DNA of 64,000 bases from positions 62,001-126,000 of the forward strand of contig JAYWIR010000055.1 of NCBI GenBank assembly GCA_036172245.1, written 5' to 3'. Source of the stretch: Raillietiella orientalis (Eukaryota). Shown here in pieces: positions 38,501-49,715 of the stretch. The notes below the pieces were generated by a model. The model saw only the letters and a list, made by a program, of their open reading frames with translations, did not search any database and was not told the DNA's origin. How positions within the stretch are numbered: the first letter of the stretch is position 1; each line of letters starts with the position of its first letter. Made by a program: the position numbers and the translations under genes.

Positions 38501-41500
38501 GGGAGCTGAACGAGAGGGAGTCCGGGAGGTGACCGGGGGGCAGCTTTCCAGAGTCAGCCTCCCCTTCCTTCCCGTCGACGCCGCCCGTTGCCGGAAAGGA
38601 AAAAGGACGACCTTTGAAGGTGAGTGGGAAAGACCCCCGCGGGGACCAGTTCTTGCCCGGTGTTCGAAAGTGTTGGCGGCCTTACCGCCTATGCTTCCTC
38701 CGCAGCTCTGCATCTCTGGGCAGGGTCATACTCTGGTCCGCTCCAACACTCCCGCAAGGCGCCTACCTCCCACCCTCCCACCTGCGCAGCGGAAAGGATC
38801 GGGGAACCACGTGGCGTCATTCCTGAACTCTGGAATCTGGCCAGACTGCCCTTCTCTCGCTGGCCGCCAGGCACCCGCGGAGGAAGGGCAGCTCCGTTCG
38901 CAAGTGCACCCGTGTCGTCCGCCGGCGAATTGTCCGGGGCGAATCCGTGCCCCGATGCCGCCTACCAATGCTCCTCCCCATCGTCTGGAGAACGGAGGTG
39001 AAGGGAGAGAGAACTCAGCAGCATCCAGAATGCCGGAGGGGGCTCCCGGAGGAGTCGGGAGGGAGGGCACACTGCGGATGGGGTGCCAGGCACGGGTCGC
39101 GTTCGCAGGAATGATCCACACCTCCAGTTTCCAGCCAGCTTGATGACCCCGAGTTCGGCGAGCGGGTCCGTCCCGGTGCGGTCTCCCCAAGTCTTCGGCA
39201 GCGACCTCGGGTGGCGGCGCCTGCAGGCCCCATCCGCCGGTGGGAATTCGCCGCTTCCCTCCGGGACGTCTCGAAGGAGTGGGGGTGCTCGTTCCGGACT
39301 TGGACTGCGGATCGAGGAGGGAGAAGGGGCGCCTACGTTCGCTCGTCATCGGCACGGACGCGACACAGGGCACCCCCAAGCTTCCAGACCGTGAGGAGTC
39401 ACGGCATCTCTTGTTCTCTCACTGGCGATGGTGGCACGATCGCGGCCCACAGCACCCGTGTCCCGGAGCTTCGCTGGTTCACTCCTCCCCCTCCTTTCTC
39501 CCGTTTTTCCACGAGACCCGGAAGAACCGCCTCAGGAGAACGGGGTCCACCACTCCCTCCACCAACGAGACCCGGAGGCAGCGGCTGCTGCGGAGGGTGA
39601 TCTGCGGTGGCTGCTGCTACTGCTCCTCGCAGACTCGGGAACCGCCTGCACCACCGCTCCCTGCGGTCTCAAAGGGTGCGTGCAGGGTAACGCTGCTTAC
39701 GGCCTCCTCAGGGCAAGTCCCCACTCACCCGCCCGCCCTCGCTTTTATCCTTCTTTTTGCTTCGCTCTGCAGCGCAGGACTTCCCAGGGCGAGACCGCGT
39801 GTGCGCCCCGAAGGTCGTTGCTCTTCTGCACTCAGTGACCCCAGAAATCACCGAGACGCAGACCCTCCCCTATTCCGGGGAGCAAGCACCCTCCTTTTGT
39901 TCATCGCGGCTTATCTTGTCCGTCTCTCCCAACCCGGAGCTTAGGGCACCGCGGGAAGGTCGCCACCGGCGACCACCCGCCAGTTCGCCGGAGGCGCACT
40001 CTCCAAACAGCGCTGGAGGCGGGCCACAATGGCATCGCCACACCTACCTCGGGCCAGCAGAAGCCCCCACTCGTCCATCTCCGGTCCGTATTTCCCGACC
40101 CTTCTCGACCTCCTCCGGCCACCAAAAGTTCCCTGACCTCCGAAGTTGCCGCCCCGCTGGCGCGCGCCCGCGCGCGCACCTTGAGCATCGCGGGGGTTAC
40201 ACTGCTCTTTACCAGGTCCTTCCCGTAGGGTCCGATCCCAGGAAGCCGAGCCCGCGCACTCCGCCTCGAAGGGGCGTCGGACGATGCGGCAGCGTCTCGC
40301 GGGCGCCTCTGCTCCGCAGCCCCGAGGGAGGACCGTACCCGAAGGAGAGAACGGAAAAGATCCCGGAGGTCAGCCCCCTCCATGTCTCGCTGCCCTCCGC
40401 AATCCCTGAGGCAAGTGCGGGCGGGAAGTGCCGGACGACTCTTGGGAAAAGGAGGAGGAGGAGAGGGGAAGGAGCTGCCGTAGGGGGCGACACCGAGAGC
40501 GAAGTTCATCCCGTACTGAGCGGGCCAGGGTAACCGATGACCTCCCAGCCAACGACCTCTCTTCTGCTACCCCCCCATTCCCTCCCACACGCACGCGCGC
40601 GCGCACAGTCGAAGGAAAAAGCCCACCGGGGAGGTCTCGCGGAGACCACGCTCAGTCGTGGCAGGAGGACCCAAGGGGACGCGCGGGGGCATGCCTCCGG
40701 CGCCCCAGGAAGCGGTCAAGCGAGAAGGAAGGGGTTCTGTCCGGGGAGGACATCTCTTACCCGTCCAGGTGCGTTCGGTCCGAAGACAAAACCTGCAGGA
40801 AGCATCCGTCGGCCCTCTCGTATCGGCCGAGCCCCAGGCAGAAGACCCCGTAGTCGATCCACGCAAAGGGCTTGCCGCCTGTCAACAGGATCCGCTGGGC
40901 GCGGGAGAGACTCTTAGGAAATGCCGTGAGGGAAGGTCACCCACATGTCGGTGGAAGGCGTCCGCCTTGCCCGAGTGTCCGCACAGTGCCGCCTCTCTGG
41001 CAAAGTGGAGCAGCTGAGTCTCCGTGACGATGACCGGGGGCACTTCCTCCTCGCGCGCCTCCGGGCTTCCGTTCAGGACGTCATGCACGTGGCACATCAG
41101 GTGGGCGTACAGGTCGCCGAGGGGCTGCGCGGCGGCAGAGTGGGGAGGGGCCCCGGTCACGACTCCCACGCGCGGGCGCAGCTCACCTGCCGGAGGTCCT
41201 CCCGACCACCCCCCTCCACCTCCAGGAGCAGCCCGCTCCGGGCCACCTCCAGGGCGCTCTGCTTCAGGCGCTGCTTGAGGGCACAGAGGGTGCCGGACCG
41301 GCGCTGTACGTCCAGAAACTCGCGATGCTGCCGGGCGAATCCCTCCGCTACAAGAGGAGGGGGGATCAGAGGAGAGGGATGGAGGCGGTTTTGCAGGCGG
41401 GGTCACTCACGCGAGAGCTTCCTCCCATCACCGAACATCTGGCGGAACTCAGTCGCCAGGAACTCGGCCGCTTCCCCGACGAGTCGGCGGAAGTCCTCCA

Positions 41501-44500
41501 GAGACGTCGCGGTCGCGTCGACCGCCGGCGGCACCTCGCGGACGGGCAGGAGCTCGGAGACCCTGTCGGAGGGGGAAGAGAAAGAGACGGAAGGCGGTGT
41601 TAGCCCCTCCCCAAGTCTCGACCAGCCGGCAGGGAGAAGGGGAGGGGAAGAAAGAGGGGGCAGCAAGGAAGGATTTTCTCAGGCGCCAACGAGACCTGGC
41701 GGCTGCTATGCGTGTGGGGGGGGGGGGGGAAGAAGGAGTGAGGCTCCCTGTGCGCGCCCAGGTCGCAAAGGATCAAGGTCCAGCCTCCTACCCCTGGTTT
41801 TGTGTGCTGTTACGTGGAACCATCACAGCCGGATACCCTCAGGGAAGCCCGAGAAGGTCGCGACGGAGGGAGAGGGAGACCGGGGCAAAACCGGCAGGGG
41901 CAGAAGGGGGTTAGGGAGACTTTCCATCCCTCTTTCCCCACGGCAGCGAGTGGACGGTACCTGACGCCGAGCTGCTCCAGGCTGCTTCCCGTCACCAAGG
42001 GCTCGTCGGTGGCGACCTCCACTTCCAGGAACCCGGTCGGCCTCGACCTATCAGCCTCCGGCTGGTGCTCGGCATTGTTCTTGGGCGAGGACACGCTGTG
42101 GACCGTCCGGGGCGGAAGAGGGGATGCCTCACCGTGGCCTTGGAAGGCCGGTCCCTGGTCTCCCGCCTCTCCCTCCGCTCCGTCGAGGTCTTGGTCTGCA
42201 GGACACCCTGGGCGATCATGGACGAGGTCCTCCCAGTCCTCTCCAGCATCTCCCTCTCGCTAAACGGGTGCACCAGGAAGGTCCCGCGCATCCGGCGCAG
42301 CCTGGGCAGCAGCAGCGGGCCCAGGTCGACGTACGCAACCCCGTGGAGCGAGAAGGCGTCCGACTCGCTCTCCCTCCTGCCCTTCAAGTGGCTCCCTCCC
42401 TGGGCCACCTGTCCAATCTCGAAGGGGACGTGGCGGTACCTGAGGAAGCACAGAGAGAGACCGGTGAGAGCTGGAGAGGCGATGGCCGCACCCGCAGGCT
42501 GGACCCTGTCTGAGGAACCGGGGCTGGCTCTCGTCCCCTTCCGGGTCTTCGGGGAGCTGGCGAAGGGACGGTCGGAAGGCCACCTTTCTTTCCCCCTGGT
42601 CGCCGCCGCCATCACTCAGCAGGCAGACCAGCAAGGTGGGAGCGGGGAGGGATTGTTCCCCGTTCCTCCTGCTGTGCCTTCCGACCCGAGAGGGAGCTCT
42701 GTAGGGCTTGAGCCCTTCCCACCAGGCGATTATCCAGGCGTTCGGAGGGGGCAGGTGAGGAAAGGCCGCCCGGTTCCGGCCCCATCCGCGCCTTGAGGTC
42801 ACCGCGACGGGGTGTGGGACGAGCTCTTCTCCTCGAGGGTCCCGCGCGGGAACGCCCGAGGGAGGAGGAACTGCGCGTTTCCCCCCCTTCCTGCCACTCT
42901 CTCTTTCCAGTCCCCTTCCCGGCCCCCGTCGGCCTGAGAGATTAACGGGAAGGCTCTGGTTACCTCTGGATGTGGCTCCTGAGCTCGGCTGCCATGGCGA
43001 CGGGGAGGACGCACCTCTTCGTGACGTTCCACACGACCAGGAGTTTGTGCTCGCAAGCACCGAACCTTTTCAGGTGCTCCGCCCGCAGGTCGCTGAAGAA
43101 CTCCTCGCTCCCTCGGTCACCGGAGGGTCTCCTGGTCCAGATAAGAGTCGAGAAGGGCGGGAGAGATGCTAGGGGCGGTGTCGATGCCGGACGGACGTCA
43201 GCAGCAGCAGCAGTTCGTGAGAGACCGAGCTTGGAGGCCTCGGGGTAAGGGCCGCGTGCACGGATGGCCCCGCCGTCCTCCCTCGCGAGGCAGGGAGGGG
43301 GACCCACGCAGCCCTCCACCCAAAAGCTGGCAGCCTCTTGGAGCGCAGCGACCGCCAGCTGAGACACCCATCGCGCCACAAGACGTCAGACAGGCTGCGG
43401 GAGCACCGATCGTCCCGCCGTCAAGGGAACGGTCCCGTTTTCGGGCACCCCTTCCTCTTCCCCTTGGGTGCCAGCGGACCGATCGCCAAAAGGAGACGAC
43501 GGGGCCAAGTCCTGGCTGCTGACCGCTCGCGGAAGCGCGCGTTCCGAACGGCGAGCCGCGAAGGTGGAAAGATAGGGGGGCTCGGTCTACTCACGTCCGG
43601 GGGAGGAGGGAGAAGCTGCTGCGCCAACTGGCGCTCGCCTTGGAGTACATCCTGGGAGGATCCTTGGCTGGACCGGCAGACTCTGCCGCGAGCTCCCCGT
43701 GGAAGACGATGCGGGACTCCCTCTGCTGGAATCGGCGGTCCGCTGTGACCTCGGGAGGTGAAACGGACGGATGCCGCGAGCACATCGCCACTGCCGGCTC
43801 GCAAAACGCGGGGATGGGTGGCAAGGCGAGCTCGAGGGACGGGAGCGCTCGAGGAGCGAGGCGAGCGCGATGTGCGAAAGGTGCAGGTCACACCACGAGG
43901 CGGGCCGCGAGGGTGGGCGGAAAAGGTAAAGGGAGTGGCGAGGAATGACGATAAAGATGGGGTGGGGGGAAAGTTCGCTCTGCGGTAGCTGCTTGCCAGC
44001 ATCCGCCTCCTTTCAAGGCCACGTGGTTCCCCCACTCCCCGCCCCCCTTCACGCAGGGAGCCCTCCGCATCTTCCGCCTTTTCCCGGCTTTGCCCTTCCT
44101 CGTCGAAGAAGAGCCAGCGCGCGGAGGGGCTGGTCCACAGGTTCGGGAGGGGTGACCTGTCGGCGACCTGAGCCCGCGACCCCTCGCTCCGCACCGCTGT
44201 TGCGCAGATCCGGCGCGCGTCTGGCGGAATCCTCTCGGGAGAAGAGCGCGGACAGGCACGCGCCCTGCTTTGGCTCAAGCCGGACGGCGCCGTTCTTTTC
44301 CCGAGGCATTGACTTCCCACTCCTTTCTCGCGCGTCGCTTCCGACTTGATCCAGGCCGCAGCCCTAGAAAAGACTATGACCAGGAGCTTGTACGGCGACC
44401 CAGGGACCAGACCGCTCCCCACTTTCCCCTCGTCTGTGGACCGCGACCGCCGCCCTCGGCTGAGAATTCTCAACTGGACCCCACATGGTCCAGAATGGCC

Positions 44501-47500
44501 TTCGTCTGGAGAAGCGGAGAGGCTGAATAATCCCCTCCGAGAACTTGGATGAGATCATCACGGAAGGGAACTTCCCGCACGCGTGCCGCCTCCTTTCCGC
44601 ATCTCCCCTGCCTTCACTTTCCACGGCCTTCGCTCCTGGTAGGTCGTCCCGGGAGTTCATCTTCTCGCGGGTGCGACGCGGCCCCGGCGCCTTTTCCTCG
44701 GCTCGTCCCGGAGGGCCACTGAACGCCAACTGGTGCCCGGGGGCGACGCGAACGCCATGTGAGGTGACTTCCTCCGCGTAGGACTCGCGGCCCGCCCCAG
44801 GACGCAGGGCTCGCCGAGAGTCCGAGAAAGTGAATGACCTCTACGATGGCGGGAATTCTCGGTCCTAGAGACCCTGGCCCCCCGTTCCGCCTCCACGGGA
44901 GGGAGGAACTGAGCTCCTCCCACTCTCCCGAGAACTCCCGCGGCGCGACAGCAATCCCTCGGGCAATGCAGTTCGATCGGGAGATCACCCCTGCCTCCCC
45001 TGCCTCTCTGCGGCGGTCCCCGCCCAGGAACAGCGGAACGTCCGCGCCCCCTTCGCGGAGATCCCTCGGGACCTCGGGTGCGGCCCGGATGCCGCGCGAC
45101 GCGCCCTCCAGAAGAGGCGGCGTCGGCAGGGGCACTGCTCTTCTGAGTCCGGACAACCAGACAAGAGGGAGGCCTCCGAGAACGCGGTAAGCCGGAGGTC
45201 AACTCTTCCCCGGACGCTTTAGGTCAAGGGGCGGACAGGACACGGAGGAGTCTTTTTCAAGGGCACTCGATTGGCGCTCCTTGCCTCGTGGGAGGGAAAA
45301 ATTCCACGTAGGGGGGGCGGCCAGCGCCGCGATGACGCGCGCGCCACACCTCGGTCTGCTGGGGAAGCAGCTGAAGAGAGCAGATGAACTTGGGGTCTTG
45401 GACGTTGGTCGACAGCGTCTCCGGGAAGTAGTGGAAGCTTCTGCAGGTCAGATGGAGCACGTTGATCCCCCGGGAACGCTCCTCGGAGAGCAGCCTGCCT
45501 ATCAGCGTGATCCTGATGCTCAGAGTGCATGGTTGCCGAGCGTCCCCCTCTTGGGGGACGAAGGTCAGGGTCAGGTCTTCCCTGATTTCCGCGGCACCTG
45601 AGCGCCCTCGCACTCCCCCTTCCAGGAAGAACCCCGCCTCCCACCCCTCGTTACCTCTGAATAGGGGGAGGAGGTCGACGAACGCCTGAGCAAGCACGTC
45701 GTCGCCCGGATGCTGCTCCTTCTCCGCCGCCTTGATCCTCTTCTCCGACTTCCTCTTCTTCCCCGTGCTCGTGGAAGAGAGCGTGACTACAAAGAAGAAA
45801 CGGAATGCTGCGAGAGGAGTGCTGGCTCGCGCGTGCGCGGGAGAGAAAGGGACACCCGCAGTCCGCAGCGGCCGACGGATGCGTGGCAGCGGGTGCGAAG
45901 AAGCGGCCGCCGGGAGCCACGGTCGAGCAGGGAAGGTGCACCAGCTCTTCGCTCCGAGCGCTGCACTGGCGCGGCCGACGCGTCCTGATTCGCACGTGGA
46001 GCCACCCGCAACCGGGCGACCAACCGGCCGCCCCGGTTGCGGCTGTTCGATTCCTGGGTGAAGGGCCAGATGACGCTTCCTGGAGAGCGCCCGTCCCTAG
46101 TGTTCCCACGGTCGGTTTTAAATTCACGGCTGACGAGGTGGTCAGCAGCTGGACGACCCGGTGAAATGCTCGATTCCTGGAAGGATCCCGGAGGGTCCAC
46201 TTCCAATCCTGGCCACTCGACGGGGGCATCCGGGGTTTTCGGCTTGCACCAGTGCCGGCACACCCGAATGGGCCAACCAGCCTCATCCTGCGGACGGGGA
46301 CTCGCCCCCCACCTCCCACCCCAGCTCTCGGCGTCGACGCTTCCCTCCCACGGGCGGGATTCGAACCCTCGAGGCTCGATGGCGCCGCGCCCTGAGACCG
46401 CAGACGCACAGCCGCCAACGCGGGATGCTCTTTAGTGAGGCGAACGCAAGCATACAAAGATAGATGAGGAGTAGATTGGCCATTGGAAGATCCAGGAATG
46501 GACAGACGCAACCAGACCGTCAAGCGGAACGCAGAATGACGGGATCAAAAGTTGGTGATAGCTGCGAGATCAAACCAGCAGCCCCGCGTCCTTTTACGCA
46601 AATCAGTGGACGCAGCAAGCTGTAGGGACCAATGCCCTCGCTCTCCTCCAAGACTCGGAGCAGTCATTCCATTCCTGTTATCCTGCACGACGATGACCCC
46701 TCTTTCCCGCTTGAAAGTTTCTGGTTCGGTGCACCTTTGCAGCAGAAGGTCGGAGACAACCCATTTGTGGTGGTGGTTACCCAAGATGGAAGACCTTTTG
46801 TGGATCTTTCGAAATGCTCGACTTCTCCGGGAAGTTGAGGATCAAAGCAAAGTCCAGTGTGTAGGAGACTGGGACCTCCGACCTCCGAAGGCAAAGGCCA
46901 AATCTCACGGATCACACCTCGTGTTCCACTTGCCAACGAGTGCAAAGAGTTGGTGACAGGCGCTCGGTTCTTTTGAGAACAGCCACTTCAACGTCATCTC
47001 CCGCGATCTAATACCCATCAGCTTACGTTCAACTTTAAAAGGATACACAAAGGTAAGCAATCAAGGGCATCTAAGCCCTTCATTGCTTGCCAAGGGAACA
47101 ACTCTCTCCATCGCCTTCCGAATTCTCGAGAATGCGCTCACTCTTTGCTCCATGTCCATTGCAGACTGCCGGTAAACTAACCATAACTTCAATGTGAGTC
47201 CTTTATGGTGACTGACACATGAAACATAATGTCGGTCACAGAACGAATGACTACTACATGGCCACACTTCCAATTCCTTAGCTATGAAGATCCCAAACGA
47301 TCTCTCGAAACAGTGCAAAGTTCAGCTTTCGTATTCCTGCCCGCTTTTTGCGAAACGTCGCCTCCATCCCCCACCTTCGACCATATTCCACTCCACTCTG
47401 TAAACCATCTGATTCCAGATCTTAACAGAACGCAAAAGATCCTACTCAACAACCTCAAACCATCGGCTACAAGAATAGTGCGGTGTGTGTATCCGCTTTC

Positions 47501-49548
47501 TTGTATCCATCTAAGTGAAAGACTCCGTACAGACTGAGGGCATTTACGAACCACTTACCGAAGTCATTCATGATGGCCCTCATTGACCACAGCAATGCTA
47601 TCAACTATTTGATCGCCATCAGTGTTCAAACCTTTCTTTTTACAAGAACCATTCAAAAGCTCCTTCCCTTTCTTACTGGAACTACATAATTAGAAGCACT
47701 GGTTTACTTCACATCGCATTGCAATCGGGTAGGAATAGCAGTTGGTCGAGCAAGCCGCCTATAACGTGCCTTTGAATAAAAAAAAACTTTACACTTCATC
47801 GAGATGTCAAACTCTAACATCAGCTTGTCCTTTCGAAAAAGATCCTTGGATATCCGGAGGCAAGCTTTGCCGCTTTCAGTGAATAACATCCGTCCAGCAA
47901 CGAGACGCCAAACCATACGCCAAAGCATCTTCGAATCCGCGAGTCGTATGCATCGGCAGGCATGAAGATATGCATGCCTTTGGTATGTAAGAACAATCTG
48001 TGATTGAATCACCCACCACCCAAGTCGAACATTTCAGCCAGCCGGGCATTCTATGCCATGAGGCAGGGAGGGACTGGTGCCCGTAGCACGCGACCGGAAG
48101 AGGAATACATACGGCTACATGGTAGTTGCACAAATACAATCAGTTGTAGGTTAAACAGAAGGGGCAAACTTTCAAATGATGCATGAGGAGGAAAAAAAAT
48201 TTCAGCATGGACCTGGGCCAGAAACGCAGTGGAAGACCGTTCTTTTCGATCCGCGACATGCTGGGGATCCGCAAGGAATGCAAGAATTTCTGTGGCTCTT
48301 CGGTGTGCTCTCCGCGCACACCGAGCGACGCACACGCGTTGCACTGAACCGTAAAACATTACGTTGCTTTCCAACGATTTCCGCATCACGGAAAATTCCT
48401 ACAGCTCTTTCGATCCATGAGGTCTGCTGACCTGACTGCACAAGGAACAATCAAAAGATGGCCACAGGCTCTCCAGGCAATAAGCCACCTTGCCTTTGGG
48501 CGCTCTCATCACGAATTTGAAATGCAAAACTAAGTTTGTTACCTTGCTGAAAACGAAATGAGCCTTGCCGCCAGAAAGGGTTTGAAAGAAACACCACGGA
48601 GCTTTTGCACAATCTCAAGAATGACTTCATCCTCTAACCTTTGGCGCTTTGGAATCAAATCGCTCTTCATTTGGGATAAAAGCAGGGTAACTGCTCCTTG
48701 TTACAGCTTTCTTATATTTAGGCAAAGGAAACAGATGTAGAAAGTGATTTTAAAAGTGGAAAAAAAAATTGTTAAACAACATTTCTGGAACTTGGAAGGG
48801 AGCAGCAAACGATATTTCTCTCATAAACCGAATTCTCAACACATACACGTGATGTTTAACTTTGGTAAGTATACATTGATTTCACAAAATTTGGGAAATA
48901 TACAAGTATGTATTGATTATTGATTAATAAGTATAGACTGATTTTGTAAAATTTAGGAAATAAACTATTTTTTTTTTTCCTTTTTATAAGCAGTAGTTTG
49001 TCTGCATTTCATGCAAAAAAAATTGCACTTTGCTTAGAGCAGTACGTTTTTTCTCTCTCTCTCTCTTAGATTTGGCAAAGTGCATAAACATGAAACATAC
49101 TACACAAATGGATCATAGCAGTTCATGATAAGGTTGCATTTAATACGGACCTAAAGCAAACCCAAATACCTGCTTCTCGCAAAACCTCCAAATGAGTTGA
49201 TTATATGTGTTACATGTGTAATAGCTTAAACATATAAAGTCCACTTACAGGCCAAGGGTTCATTAACAAATTCATCTACAAAATGCATGTCATCTGTACA
49301 AAAGTCAAGCTGAAATTTTTCATTTATTACAACTGGATCACCATGTTGACTAATTAGATTGCGAGTATGCCCGACATTCAAATCTCCAAAATCAACTTTC
49401 ACATAAAGTTCCTCCTGGGGGCTCAAATTCTACAGGTGGATTATGAATTATACTTTATAGTAATTAGAAGTAACTGACAAACAATACATACCAAATTTAA
49501 AACATCATAAACAATAATAGACAGGTAACAATTCGTACTCTCTACCAT
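35522..49548 (-). CDS. CFAP70: Cilia- and flagella-associated protein 70 (TTC18, TPR protein), ~20 exons
   Basis: Phase-compatible exons: 49548-49492, 49429-49249, 45786-45655, 45597-45350, 43725-43595, 43131-42964, 42439-42133, ~42079-41961, 41562-41411, 41347-41187, 41124-40945, 40894-40761, 38392-38220, 38168-38031, 37939-37782, 36785-36636, 36597-36455, 36100-35977, 35871-35722, 35671-35522. Motifs QAFVDLLPL, HGVAYVDLGPLL, AWIDYGVFCL and EANALDSADPEVWAYL match the family. Confidence 0.88.
46346..46425 (-). pseudogene. tRNA-like relic (tRNA pseudogene or tRNA-derived SINE head) in CFAP70 intron 2
   Basis: B-box/T-loop GGGTTCGAATCCC and a 7-bp acceptor-like pairing TCCCGCG/CGTGGGA. The D and anticodon arms are degenerate. 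Confidence 0.4.
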
Positions 49549-49645
49549 TGTGAGTGCTTCAGGCTAAAGAACCAAGGAAATGACAACATAGAAAGAGTAA
49601 CAGTACGGTGGTAATTTCATTGCGTTACCAAATACTTAGTATCTT

Positions 49646-49683
49646 CCACCAAAAACCACGACATTTTTGAAATAAAATTTATT
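49646..49683 (-). terminator. GALNT7 polyadenylation signal with GU-rich downstream element
   Basis: AATAAA at 49683-49678, ~30 nt after the stop, followed by TGTCGTGGTTTTTGGTGG. Confidence 0.6.
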
Positions 49684-49715
49684 TTGAGAATTTACTTGAT
49701 ATATTCATCGTCATA

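Noticed and set aside
44364..45156. Additional CFAP70 exons (e.g. SKFSEGII..W)
   Set aside because: Exon 43725-43595 already links the flanking phases with canonical sites, and these candidates lack compatible strong splice sites.
33000..46500. Bacterial contamination/HGT, and the many long overlapping ORFs of the GC block
   Set aside because: The block contains phase-compatible spliceosomal exons of CFAP70. The long ORFs reflect scarcity of stop codons.
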